Positions 1-9,591 of a DNA stretch of 64,000 nt are shown here, piece by piece. Source of the DNA: Candidatus Nanoarchaeia archaeon (GTDB lineage Archaea; Nanobdellota; Nanobdellia; Pacearchaeales; GW2011-AR1). The stretch covers positions 1,262 through 65,261 of the forward strand of contig DASZSY010000036.1 in NCBI GenBank assembly GCA_035548435.1, given 5' to 3'. A model generated the notes under the pieces. It had not been told where the DNA came from. It saw only the letters and a list, made by a program, of their open reading frames with translations, and ran no database searches. Each line of letters opens with the position of its first letter. Within the stretch, counting starts at the first letter, position 1. The translations under genes were made by a program, and so were the position numbers.

Positions 1-723
1 TATCTTGTTGAGCATAAAAAAGTGAACATTTTAATTACCACTGCTGGAGGAGTTGAAGAAGATTTCATAAAATGCTACGGAGACTTTATTCTAGGAGACT
101 TTAGGGCAAGTGGAAAAGAATTAAGGGAAAAAGGAATAAACAGAATAGGAAACATATATGTTCCAAATAATAGATATGTTGATTTTGAAAAGTTTGTACA
201 TCCAATACTTGAAGAGTTTTATGAAAGACAGAAGAAAGAAGGAAAGGTAACAACTGCATCAGAATTAATATGGAAACTAGGAGAGAAAATAAACAATGAG
301 AAAAGTATTTACTTTTGGGCATGGAAAAATAAAATTCCTGTTTTCTGTCCTGCGCTCACAGATGGAAGCTTGGGAGACATGATTTACTTCTTTAAGCATA
401 AACACAATGATTTTGTACTCGACATTGCAGACGATGTAAAAAAGTTAAATGATACCACCATCGGGCTAAAGAAAGCTGGAGCAATAATTCTAGGAGCAGG
501 TGTTGTTAAACATGCTGCGCTTAATGCTCTCATGATGAGAAATGGTGCAGACTATGCGGTTTACATTAATACTGAACAGGAATTCAACGGAAGCGATGCA
601 GGAGCAATGCCTGAAGAAGCTGTTTCATGGGGAAAAATACTTCCGCAGGCAAAAAGAGTCAAAGTTTATGGAGATGCTACAATTTTATTCCCATTATTAG
701 TTGCTGAAAGCTTTGCCAAGTAA
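1..723 (+). CDS. dys: deoxyhypusine synthase, 5'-truncated at the window edge (the reading frame is open from position 1)
   Basis: C-terminal roughly 240 aa with [17 protein letters not shown] ... [15 protein letters not shown], typical of deoxyhypusine synthase; no in-frame stop upstream of 22. Confidence 0.75.
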   Translation, partial: YLVEHKKVNILITTAGGVEEDFIKCYGDFILGDFRASGKELREKGINRIGNIYVPNNRYVDFEKFVHPILEEFYERQKKEGKVTTASELIWKLGEKINNEKSIYFWAWKNKIPVFCPALTDGSLGDMIYFFKHKHNDFVLDIADDVKKLNDTTIGLKKAGAIILGAGVVKHAALNALMMRNGADYAVYINTEQEFNGSDAGAMPEEAVSWGKILPQAKRVKVYGDATILFPLLVAESFAK

Positions 724-780
724 TATTTGTAGTAACTTAAAAATAATAACATTTATATACACATTTCTATCAGAGTTTAT

Positions 781-1419
781 ATGAGTAAACAAGGAAAACT
801 TTCTGTTAAGGCAATGATTGCTTTAGTATTCATATTTGCAGGACTTGTTTCAGTAATAGCTTATGGAACAAGCAATCCTTCTGTTTTCGGTCACAGTGCT
901 AGTGAAATTGATTTTACTGGAATGTCTGGAAATGTTGTAACTAGTGGAGATGTTCAGGCAAGCAGAATTTGCATAGGCACTGATTGTAGAACTTCATGGC
1001 CTACAAGTACCTCTACAGTTTCAACAGGAAGTCCAAGTATAGTATTTCAAGCACAAAGATTTACAGATGACGATACAAATTATTACATTGATATAAACAC
1101 TGGAGCACACATTGGTGGAAACTGGGCTCTTGATGGAGACTTAAACGTTAACGGAAAAGTAGAGGCAGACAGATTATGCATAGGTAGTGATTGTATATCA
1201 AGTTGGCCAAGTACAAGCTCATCTTCAAGCGCAACAGTAATTCAAACAACTGTGGGAACTTTGGAATCAGGATGCCATCCATCTGAAGACAATACTGCAC
1301 AATTCATGAATACATGTGGACACAGATTCTGTACTGCAAGAGGATACAAAACAGGATTTGTTGTTGAATACATGAGTGATGCTGCTAGCGCGCTAGCAGA
1401 CGTTTCTTGCTTTAGTTAA
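781..1419 (+). CDS. secreted or membrane-anchored hypothetical protein with an internal Cys-repeat (CIGTDCRTSWPTS / CIGSDCISSWPSTS) and a Cys-rich C-terminus
   Basis: N-terminal charged segment then a hydrophobic helix (MSKQGK-LSVKAMIALVFIFAGLVSVIA); two repeats of about 60 aa; Ser/Thr-rich linkers; TATA-like box about 25 nt upstream. Confidence 0.5.
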   Translation: MSKQGKLSVKAMIALVFIFAGLVSVIAYGTSNPSVFGHSASEIDFTGMSGNVVTSGDVQASRICIGTDCRTSWPTSTSTVSTGSPSIVFQAQRFTDDDTNYYIDINTGAHIGGNWALDGDLNVNGKVEADRLCIGSDCISSWPSTSSSSSATVIQTTVGTLESGCHPSEDNTAQFMNTCGHRFCTARGYKTGFVVEYMSDAASALADVSCFS

Positions 1420-1452
1420 GTCTGAGAAGCATTTTTATAGCTAGCCTATTAT

Positions 1453-2811
1453 TTGCATATTATGAAAAAAGGAATGATTGGACTTGAGATACACACGTAT
1501 CTTGTTACGAAACAAAAACTTTTCTGCTCTTGTCTTAATTCAAGAAAGAAAGGAACCAAACCAAATGTCAATATTTGTCCTATTTGCACTGGACAGCCGG
1601 GAAGTAAACCTCTTTCGCCTTCTGAAGAAGCAGTTTTCAAGGCAACACAACTAGGAATGATGCTGGGTTGTAAGATAAATAATAAAATGCACTGGCAAAG
1701 AAAGCACTACAGTTGGCCTGATTTACCTAAAGGATATCAAATTACTTTGTCTGGGAGCGGGGCCATTCCTTTAGGAGTGAATGGAAAATTCCATGGAATA
1801 AGAATTGGAAGTATGCACCTTGAAGAAGATCCTGCCTCTTGGGATCCTGAAACTGGAGCAATAGACTATAATAGATCTGGACTGCCACTAGTCGAGATAG
1901 TTACAGACCCTGATTTTACAACTTCTGAGGAAGTTATTTCTTGGCTTGATAAACTTACAAAACATCTTTCTTACCTAGGAATTGTTGACAGTGATGCAGG
2001 AATAAAGGTAGATGTTAACGTAAATATTCCTGGGAAGACAGAAAGAGTTGAAATAAAAAATATCAACTCTATGGAAAATATTTCTGTTGCCATAGAATCT
2101 GAATTTGAAAGACAGGAAAAAGAAGGAAGCGTAAGAGAAACTAGAAGATTTAATCCAGAGACAGGAAAGACAGAAAGAATGAGATCAAAAGAAGGGGCGG
2201 AAGATTACAGGTTCTTAAGAGACCCAGATTTGCCACTGCTTTATTTGGATTCGCATTTTTTGGAATCTGCTTTGAAATTATTACCTGAAGATCCTGAAAA
2301 AAGAAAGAAAAGATTTATTGATGAGTTCAATATCTCTGAAAAAGAAGCAGACACGGTTACTAAAGATAGATATGTTGCAGATCTTTTCGAAAATGCAACA
2401 AAGGAAGTTGGGCGAGAGCTAGCTTTAACATGGGTTGCTGGAGAGCTTTTGAGATTACTTAATACAAATAACTGTAGACTACAGGATATTGAATTCAAAG
2501 ATGAGCATTTTTTAGCGCTGCTTAAAATGATAAAAAATGGAGACCTTACTCCACTAAAAGGAAAGGAAATATTAAAGCAATTTTATCCTAAGAGTTTTAT
2601 GCCTTCAAACACAGAAAAGAGAATAACTGATAAGAAAGAATTAGAGACAATAATAAAGAAAGTTATTTCTGAAAATCAGAAGGTTGCAGAGGATTACAAA
2701 CAAGGAAACAAAAATTCTCTTAATTTCTTGCTTGGGCAAGTAATGAAAGCCACAAAGAAGATGGCTGATAGTGCCACAAGCATAGATATTCTAACTTCTT
2801 TGTTAAGTTAA
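1453..2811 (+). CDS. gatB: Asp/Glu-tRNA amidotransferase subunit B (GatB)
   Basis: GLEIHTYL...KLFCSC N-terminus, EDYRFLRDPDLP motif, YqeY-like C-terminal tail; about 450 aa. Confidence 0.8.
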   Translation: MHIMKKGMIGLEIHTYLVTKQKLFCSCLNSRKKGTKPNVNICPICTGQPGSKPLSPSEEAVFKATQLGMMLGCKINNKMHWQRKHYSWPDLPKGYQITLSGSGAIPLGVNGKFHGIRIGSMHLEEDPASWDPETGAIDYNRSGLPLVEIVTDPDFTTSEEVISWLDKLTKHLSYLGIVDSDAGIKVDVNVNIPGKTERVEIKNINSMENISVAIESEFERQEKEGSVRETRRFNPETGKTERMRSKEGAEDYRFLRDPDLPLLYLDSHFLESALKLLPEDPEKRKKRFIDEFNISEKEADTVTKDRYVADLFENATKEVGRELALTWVAGELLRLLNTNNCRLQDIEFKDEHFLALLKMIKNGDLTPLKGKEILKQFYPKSFMPSNTEKRITDKKELETIIKKVISENQKVAEDYKQGNKNSLNFLLGQVMKATKKMADSATSIDILTSLLS

Positions 2812-2850
2812 TAAGATAGCTTTTAAAAGCCGAAACTGCGTTCTGAAATT

Positions 2851-2923
2851 GACCTCATAGTTTAACGGATTAGAACACGGGACTTCGGATCCCGGAATCG
2901 GGGTTCAATTCCTCGTGAGGTCA
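2851..2923 (+). tRNA. tRNA-Arg (anticodon TCG)
   Basis: Folded by hand into a cloverleaf: acceptor GACCUCA/UGAGGUC, anticodon stem CGGGA/UCCCG with loop CUUCGGA, T-stem CGGGG/CCUCG with loop UUCAAUU, discriminator A; no encoded CCA. Confidence 0.8.
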
Positions 2924-2959
2924 TAGAGTATCTTTAATAAAGTTAAATAAGGTAAAAAT

Positions 2960-5371
2960 ATGAAGTTATATATGAGAAAAGCAATTTTACTTATATTTGT
3001 ATTTTTTTTGGTAATTGCATCAGTGCAGGCATTAGTTTTAGATGATTCTTTGCAGGATTTGACTGCAAATGAAACTGTCAGGATAAGTTTGGCAATTTCC
3101 GACAATGTTTCTTCAAGTTTCTTTAAAGTAAAAACAGCCGTGGATAAAGATGAAGTTATAAACGATTTAAAAGAAAATTATAATGTTGAGTATGTTGCCC
3201 AAACATTCAATGCTTTAACAGTGGAAGTTAATGGAAGTGAACTTCAAGAGCTAAAGGAAAGGAAAGATATTCTTGAAATAAAGAAGGCCTTAGATTTTCA
3301 TACTCTTTTACAGGACTCAAATTCTATTATTAATTCAACTTTGGCAGGAAACTTGCAGACTTTTGGTGTTAATTTGACTGGACAAGGGCAAACGGTGTGC
3401 ATTATTGACTCTGGAGTAAATTATACTCATCCTTCACTAGGAAATTGTACGACACAGCAATTTTTAGCAGGAAATTGTAGTAAGGTTATTGGAGGCTGGG
3501 CATACTATAATCCTGTAAATGCTTCAAATCAAAACGATGTTATGGGTGATAGTGATCATGGAACACATGTGGCAGGAATTGCTGCAGGAAATGGGCAGAT
3601 AAGAGGAATTGCTCCAGATGCAAAAATTGTTTCAATAAAAGCTTGTGGACCAACTTCTTCCTGTGATGGAAATGCCATAATTGACGGAATAAACTGGTGC
3701 ACTTCAAATAAAACTTTGTTTAATATAAGTGTAATAAGTATAAGCATAGGTACTAGCGCTCCTGATTTGTATAATACTTATTGTGATGATGAAATTCCAA
3801 GCTTTACAAGCGCAATTAACGCTGCAGCCGCAAAAAATATTTCTGTAGTTGTTGCAGCAGGAAATGATGGAAATAGAACTCATATTTCTTTGCCTGCATG
3901 TATAACTAACGCTACTGCTGTTGGAGCAACTACAAAGAGCGATGCGCTAAACTTTAATAGAAACTATTTAGTTAAGCTTGTTGCACCAGGAGTTAATATT
4001 AATTCAACTTTTCTTTCTGGATATGGGCTTGATTCTGGAACTTCCATGGCTACCCCTCATGTTTCTGGAGCTTTGATTGTACTAAATCAATTAATTAATT
4101 TCTTGAATGTAAAGATGCAGCCATCTCAATTAACTCAAATTTTAAACAACTCTGGAAAAACTATTACAGATAGTACTGGAGTTAATTATTCAAGAATAAA
4201 CTTGTATTCTGCAGTTATGTCTTTAGATACAATTTCTCCAGAAGTTAATTTAATTTCTCCGTCTTTTTCTTCAGCTTTAGTAAATGATTCATATATCTTT
4301 AGCGCTAACATATCTGATTGGAATTTAACAAATATGTCTTTTCAACTCAGAAATTCCTCTGGATATTTGATTAATGAAACTCTGGCAAATATATCTGGAA
4401 CTTTCAATCAAACTAGCATTCTAATTTATAATCTTTCAAATGGAACTTACAATTATAGTTTTACTGGCTTTGACTTTAAATCAAACTCTGGAAGCTTTAA
4501 TGGAACTTTAACTCTTTCTTATTCTAACATTACTTTGATAAGCCCAATGGATGGTTATTCTGAAACATCCAACTCTGCAAATTTAATTTTTAACTTTTCA
4601 CTTCTTAAGAACTTTACAAACTGTAGTTTATTTTTAGATAACGTTTCTGTTAAGAATATAACTGTTGTTGATTTCACCTTAAATCAAAACGTTTCCTATA
4701 CTTTAGGAGCAGGCAATTACATTTGGGCAATTAATTGCAGTGTTGATAGTTTATCTGAGCAAACAAACTCAAGATCTATAACAATAAGTGCTCCTGCTGT
4801 GGAACAAGTAACTACAAGGTCTAGTGGAGGTGGCGGAGGAGGTGGCGGAGCAGCTCCTATAACTGTGGTAAATCAAAATCAAACAAATGAAGGTTATACT
4901 AGGGTGCTTGGGAAGCAGGAGATAGTTCAATTTGTTTTGTTTGACTTGAAATCAAGCAAGCATACTTTAACAGTTAATTCTATAGGAAAAGATTATGTCA
5001 ATATTACTATAAGAAGTGACCCTATTAAATTAACTTTAGGCATCGGACAAAGCATAAAACTAAATTTGACTTCTGCTGAGTTTTATGATTTATATGTTAA
5101 ACTTGAAAATATTGTTAATGGAAAAGCTGAGATTACAATACAAACAATAAACGAGCCTAGATTAAATACTAAAGAGCCTGAAAGAAATGTAGATGACTTT
5201 AACTTTACAACAATGAATCAAACTCAGAATGAAATTCCTTTAGGAGAAGAGAATAAATCAAACAATATGTGGTTTTATCTCTTAATTCTAGTTATCTTTG
5301 TTGTACTTACTGCTATAATTACTCATATTTTAGACAGACGCAAAAGAAAACGTGCCTGGCATATAGATTAA
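2960..5371 (+). CDS. subtilisin-like serine protease (S8 family), extracellular, heavily N-glycosylation-sequon-rich, with a poly-Gly linker and a C-terminal transmembrane anchor plus basic tail
   Basis: Asp/His/Ser triad contexts (VCIIDSGV, HGTHVAG, GTSMATPHVSG); N-terminal signal peptide; dozens of N-x-S/T sequons; SSGGGGGGGGAAP linker; C-terminal hydrophobic helix followed by RRKRKR. Confidence 0.85.
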   Translation: MKLYMRKAILLIFVFFLVIASVQALVLDDSLQDLTANETVRISLAISDNVSSSFFKVKTAVDKDEVINDLKENYNVEYVAQTFNALTVEVNGSELQELKERKDILEIKKALDFHTLLQDSNSIINSTLAGNLQTFGVNLTGQGQTVCIIDSGVNYTHPSLGNCTTQQFLAGNCSKVIGGWAYYNPVNASNQNDVMGDSDHGTHVAGIAAGNGQIRGIAPDAKIVSIKACGPTSSCDGNAIIDGINWCTSNKTLFNISVISISIGTSAPDLYNTYCDDEIPSFTSAINAAAAKNISVVVAAGNDGNRTHISLPACITNATAVGATTKSDALNFNRNYLVKLVAPGVNINSTFLSGYGLDSGTSMATPHVSGALIVLNQLINFLNVKMQPSQLTQILNNSGKTITDSTGVNYSRINLYSAVMSLDTISPEVNLISPSFSSALVNDSYIFSANISDWNLTNMSFQLRNSSGYLINETLANISGTFNQTSILIYNLSNGTYNYSFTGFDFKSNSGSFNGTLTLSYSNITLISPMDGYSETSNSANLIFNFSLLKNFTNCSLFLDNVSVKNITVVDFTLNQNVSYTLGAGNYIWAINCSVDSLSEQTNSRSITISAPAVEQVTTRSSGGGGGGGGAAPITVVNQNQTNEGYTRVLGKQEIVQFVLFDLKSSKHTLTVNSIGKDYVNITIRSDPIKLTLGIGQSIKLNLTSAEFYDLYVKLENIVNGKAEITIQTINEPRLNTKEPERNVDDFNFTTMNQTQNEIPLGEENKSNNMWFYLLILVIFVVLTAIITHILDRRKRKRAWHID

Positions 5372-5408
5372 TGATAAGGTTTAATAAACTGGTTTCATAG
5401 AGCATATT

Positions 5409-6872
5409 GTGGCTGCAAAAGATAAACAAAAAATTGATGAGAAGGGTATTACTGTAAAGAAAAACGATGACTTCTCTGAATGGTACACTCAAGTAGTACA
5501 GAAATGTGAACTTTGTGACCTAAGATATAATGTAAAGGGATTTGTTGTATTTCAACCTTGGTCAGTTTTATCAATGGAAAAGATGTACTCATATTTCCAC
5601 AATGTTTTGCAGAGAAAAGGGCACAAGCCTTACTTTTTCCCAACGGTTATACCTGAAGGAAATTTAAAGAAAGAATCAAGCCATATTGCAGGATTCACTC
5701 CTGAAGTATTTTGGGTTACTGGAGCAGGAGAAGACAAGTTTGAAGAGAAACTTGCTTTAAGACCTACAAGTGAAACTGCATTTTATCAAATGTTTGGAAC
5801 ATGGATAAGAAGTTACAAGGATTTGCCTTTCAAGACATATCAAAGGGCAAATGTTTTCAGATATGAAACTAAAGCTACAAGACCATTTTTACGAAGCAGA
5901 GAATTTCATTGGATTGAAGCACATTGTGCACATGCCACCAAGGAAGATGCAATGAAGCAAGTGCACGAAGATATGGAAACAACTCAAGAAATACTTCACG
6001 ATGTATTTGGATTACCTTTCATATTTTTCAAAAGGCCCCAGTGGGACAAGTTTGCAGGAGCAGAAAATACTTTTGCAGCTGATGTTTTGAACCCTGATGG
6101 AAGAGTAGTACAGCAGCCGTCAACTCATATACTTAAACAAGATTTTGCTAAAGCTTTCAATGTAACATTTACTGATAAGGATTCAGAGCAAAAGCATGTA
6201 TGGATTACTTGTTACGGTCCTGCAATATCAAGAATATTTGCAAGTATAGTTATAGTTCATGGAGATGATAAGGGATTGAGATTCCCTTGGGATATTGCTC
6301 CAGTTCAAATTGCAATAGTTCCAATTGTTGATGATTCTAAGGTAATTAAGAAAGCAGAGGAACTTAAGAAAAAACTTTCTCAAAAATACTCTGTAGAGTT
6401 AGATGTTAGCGAGAAAAGTGCTGGAGAAAAATTCAATTATTGGGAGATGAAGGGAACTCCACTAAGAATAGATATTGGACTCAAAGATTTAGAAAAGAAG
6501 CAGATTACACTATTTAGAAGAGATTTAAACAAAAAAGAATCTGTGTCTGAGAAAGACTTTGAAGAATATGTAGAGAAAATTGCAAAAGAGTTTACTCATA
6601 ATTTGATAAAGGAAGCAGATAAGGTATTTGATAATAGAATTAAAACTGTAAAGTCATTTTCAGATCTTAAGAAAGCAATAGAAGAAGGGAACATTGCACG
6701 TTGTGCATTTTGCTCTGATGAGATGTCTGGCGCTAAATGCGGAGAGAAAGTTGAGAAAGAAGTTGGAGCTACTGTTAGGGGAACCAAGCTTGAGACAGAG
6801 AAAGCTAGCGGAGAATGTGTTGTTTGCGGAAAGAAAGCCAGTACAATAGTGTATATTGCAAGGCAATACTAA
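5409..6872 (+). CDS. proS: prolyl-tRNA synthetase, archaeal/eukaryotic type (GTG start)
   Basis: Class II ProRS motifs; C-terminal zinc-binding domain ending in a conserved terminal Tyr (IARQY). Confidence 0.9.
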   Translation: MAAKDKQKIDEKGITVKKNDDFSEWYTQVVQKCELCDLRYNVKGFVVFQPWSVLSMEKMYSYFHNVLQRKGHKPYFFPTVIPEGNLKKESSHIAGFTPEVFWVTGAGEDKFEEKLALRPTSETAFYQMFGTWIRSYKDLPFKTYQRANVFRYETKATRPFLRSREFHWIEAHCAHATKEDAMKQVHEDMETTQEILHDVFGLPFIFFKRPQWDKFAGAENTFAADVLNPDGRVVQQPSTHILKQDFAKAFNVTFTDKDSEQKHVWITCYGPAISRIFASIVIVHGDDKGLRFPWDIAPVQIAIVPIVDDSKVIKKAEELKKKLSQKYSVELDVSEKSAGEKFNYWEMKGTPLRIDIGLKDLEKKQITLFRRDLNKKESVSEKDFEEYVEKIAKEFTHNLIKEADKVFDNRIKTVKSFSDLKKAIEEGNIARCAFCSDEMSGAKCGEKVEKEVGATVRGTKLETEKASGECVVCGKKASTIVYIARQY

Positions 6873-6877
6873 AAACA

Positions 6878-7408
6878 ATGACTTATACTTTTTCAAGTGA
6901 TTTGGAGGATTGTTCCAGAAAAGATTTCGATATTACTTCTAAAATGTCTGAAGATTTTTTTGGAATGACTACTGACTCTGAGCAGTTTCAGGCATCTGAG
7001 GAGAATAAAGACTTTTTATTTAAACATTTGAAAAATTTTGTTAATATAATCAGATTCAATAAAGAAGTTATAGGATATTCTTTTATTATTCCCTCTAATA
7101 AGAAACTAATGTCTTTGTTTTTGAAAGGTAAAATAACTGAGAGTGAATTATTTGATAGAGTCAAATCAGAAAAAATAAATGAAAATAATTTTGATTGCCT
7201 TTATCTTTGTTCGGCTATTATTAAAGAAGAACATAGAGGCAAGGGCTTGTCTATTGAAGGATTCAAAAAACTAATTGTTAACCTGATAAAAATTAGGGGG
7301 AATGTTAAACCAGACTTATTCTTTTGGGAGTATTCTAAAGAAGGAAGTATTGTCGCTAAAAAAATTTCAGAACATTTCGGTTTTAATTTATTTAAGAGCA
7401 ACAATTAG
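6878..7408 (+). CDS. hypothetical protein, possibly a GNAT-type acetyltransferase
   Basis: An ATG at 6878 avoids overlap with proS; EEHRGKGLSIEGFKKLI resembles GNAT motif A. Confidence 0.4.
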   Translation: MTYTFSSDLEDCSRKDFDITSKMSEDFFGMTTDSEQFQASEENKDFLFKHLKNFVNIIRFNKEVIGYSFIIPSNKKLMSLFLKGKITESELFDRVKSEKINENNFDCLYLCSAIIKEEHRGKGLSIEGFKKLIVNLIKIRGNVKPDLFFWEYSKEGSIVAKKISEHFGFNLFKSNN

Positions 7409-7442
7409 GAACTTTTTAATATGCTTATATTTAGTATCTTAT

Positions 7443-8711
7443 ATGGTAGAAATTGATTTTAAGGCAGGAGATAGAGTTAAATTAAGACTTGTAACAGAAG
7501 AAGTTGAAGGGCAGTATGTTGAAAGTTCTGATGCACAAATTGTTTTGCTTAAACTAGAATCAGGTTATAATATTGGTATAAAAAAGGAAAATATTCTTTC
7601 TTCAAGAAAATTACCTGATAAAGAAGAAAAAATTCAAGAGCCAAGACAACAAAGACAAAGTAAAAATCTCCCCAAAATAGCAATAGTTGTTACAGGAGGA
7701 ACTATAGCTAGTAAAGTTTCTTACAAGACTGGAGGAGTAGAGCCTATAGAGAATCCGCAAGACTTCCTTGATCTTTATCCTGAAGTTGAAGAGATTGCAG
7801 AAATAAAAAAGCTTGAAATGCCATTTAGAATGTTATCTGAAAATATGGACTCTGAACACTGGATAAATATTGCCCAGACCATAAAACCCTTGCTTGAGGA
7901 CAGTGAAATACAAGGAGTAATACTTACACATGGTACGGACACACTGCACTACACTGCTGCAGCTTTGAGTTTCTTTTTAGGAAGACTAAACAAACCTGTT
8001 GTTTTGACTTACAGTCAAAAAAGCATCGATAGGGCGAGTAGCGACGCTAAGTTAAACTTAATTTCAGCTGTGAAAATGGCCTTGAGTGATTGTGCAGAAG
8101 TAATGCTTGTTGGACACGGTACAACAAATGATGATTTTTGTTATGCACTACGTGGAACAAAAGTAAAAAAAATGCACAGTTCAAAGAGAGCAGCATTTTT
8201 ACCTGTAAATACAGAGCCACTAGCGAAGATTTCCAAAGATAAAATAGAATTCTTGCAAAAATATAATCCTCGAAGTGATAAAAAAGTTGAAGTTGACACT
8301 TCTTTTACAGATAAAGTAGCTTTGCTCAAGTTTTATCCAGGACAAGATCCTAGCATTCTTGATTATTATGCCTTAAGTTACAAGGGAATTGTAATTGAAG
8401 GAACTGGACTTGGACATGTTGCTGCTTCTGGAGCAAATAAGAGTTGGCTGGCTGCACTAAAGAAGCACATAAGAAATGGACTTGTTGTTTGTATGACAAG
8501 TCAAACAGTTTTTGGAAGAGTTGATCCTTATATTTATTCAGCAGGAAGAGAAATACTTGATGCAGGAGTGATTTATCTTGAAGATATGCTTTCAGAAACT
8601 GCTTTTGTTAAATTAGGGTTTGTACTAGGCCACGCAGGTTGGAAAGTTAAGGCAAAGGAAAAGATGCTACAGAATATGGCCTACGAGCTTAATCAAGTTC
8701 ATTCTAGTTAG
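7443..8711 (+). CDS. gatD: Glu-tRNA(Gln) amidotransferase subunit D (GatD), asparaginase-like
   Basis: IAIVVTGGTIASK, LTHGTDT and EGTGLGH asparaginase-family motifs; about 420 aa from the in-frame ATG at 7443. Confidence 0.85.
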   Translation: MVEIDFKAGDRVKLRLVTEEVEGQYVESSDAQIVLLKLESGYNIGIKKENILSSRKLPDKEEKIQEPRQQRQSKNLPKIAIVVTGGTIASKVSYKTGGVEPIENPQDFLDLYPEVEEIAEIKKLEMPFRMLSENMDSEHWINIAQTIKPLLEDSEIQGVILTHGTDTLHYTAAALSFFLGRLNKPVVLTYSQKSIDRASSDAKLNLISAVKMALSDCAEVMLVGHGTTNDDFCYALRGTKVKKMHSSKRAAFLPVNTEPLAKISKDKIEFLQKYNPRSDKKVEVDTSFTDKVALLKFYPGQDPSILDYYALSYKGIVIEGTGLGHVAASGANKSWLAALKKHIRNGLVVCMTSQTVFGRVDPYIYSAGREILDAGVIYLEDMLSETAFVKLGFVLGHAGWKVKAKEKMLQNMAYELNQVHSS

Positions 8712-8715
8712 TATA

Positions 8716-8734
8716 GTAACTTTTAAGGAGTTAC
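8716..8734 (+). promoter_or_regulatory. palindromic operator-like site GTAACT-N7-AGTTAC, immediately upstream of TATA (TTTAAATA at 8745-8752) of the 8774 gene
   Basis: GTAACTTTTAAGGAGTTAC, a perfect 6-bp inverted repeat; a near-identical site precedes the next gene. Confidence 0.5.
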
Positions 8735-8773
8735 AAAACAAATATTTAAATAGTGGACAAAATATTCTTACAT

Positions 8774-9514
8774 ATGAGATTTAGTCATCTTGACGCAGCA
8801 ATTCCTGAAGGAAGAGAAGAAGATTTCTTTTCATTGTTTGGTAGACTACAAGAACCAACAAAATCTAATTTTGAGTTAGTTTTAGATCTTGGCGCTTATA
8901 TGAATGGTACACCTTTCAATGATAGATATGCTGTTACTGGGAGCTATGCTATTTTGTCTCATTTGATGAAACTTCACTCTCCAGAAATTGCTTCAACTTG
9001 GAAAGGTTTCAGTAATCCTACAATTGTTGGAAATGGACAAGTTCTTGGAGCACTACGCGCAGGATATCATACTAAGGGTGGACCTCAAAACAGAACTGAT
9101 ATGGTTCCTGTTTTTGATATGCTATTAAAGCTTGAAGGAAAAGATGAAAGATTAACTTTTGTTTACAATGAAGTTAGAAAGAATCCTGGAAGTGTTGAAA
9201 CAAACGAACACTTCGGAGTTCCATTGAAGGTAAATTCTCCTGAATCTTTACTGGAGCATAGACTTGGAAGACCTATGACAAGCCAGGGAAACATAGGAGA
9301 CACTTTGACTTTAGTTCATATAATGGAACAAAGAGGGTATTCTCCCGACAGCGTTGCAGAATATGCTATTGCGAATAAACAAGCAGATGAGCTTGCAAAG
9401 AGAATTAAGACAGGATATGACAAATTTGGAAGAGATAGATTTGGAGTATTTCCAAGCGATAAGTTTGTAGCCACATTACTAAAAAGACTTCACAAAGTAC
9501 GCCCAGTAGCATAA
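8774..9514 (+). CDS. hypothetical protein, first gene of the atypical cassette
   Basis: Start placed at the ATG 22 nt downstream of the TATA box, because the upstream GTG at 8753 would overlap the TATA; GC and codon usage (CGT, CCG, GGT-rich) deviate from neighbours; no recognisable domain. Confidence 0.45.
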   Translation: MRFSHLDAAIPEGREEDFFSLFGRLQEPTKSNFELVLDLGAYMNGTPFNDRYAVTGSYAILSHLMKLHSPEIASTWKGFSNPTIVGNGQVLGALRAGYHTKGGPQNRTDMVPVFDMLLKLEGKDERLTFVYNEVRKNPGSVETNEHFGVPLKVNSPESLLEHRLGRPMTSQGNIGDTLTLVHIMEQRGYSPDSVAEYAIANKQADELAKRIKTGYDKFGRDRFGVFPSDKFVATLLKRLHKVRPVA

Positions 9515-9533
9515 TTCTAAAGGGTTATTAGTG

Positions 9534-9552
9534 TAACTATGCAGGAGTTACA
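9534..9552 (+). promoter_or_regulatory. palindromic operator-like site GTAACT-N7-AGTTAC upstream of TATA (TTTAAAAG at about 9562-9570) of the Fic-like gene
   Basis: GTAACTATGCAGGAGTTAC followed by CAAA, same architecture and spacing as 8716-8734. Confidence 0.5.
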
Positions 9553-9591
9553 AATAGGAAGGTTTAAAAGGTTATAAGTTTTCAGTGAAAT

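Noticed and set aside
6815-6877. Upstream extension of the 6815 ORF overlapping proS
   Set aside because: The in-frame ATG at 6878, right after the proS stop, gives a non-overlapping gene. The extension is an artefact of the open frame.
8753-8773. GTG at 8753 as start of the cassette gene 1
   Set aside because: It would sit immediately against the TATA box (8745-8752). The ATG at 8774 has archaeal leaderless-type spacing (about 22 nt after TATA).
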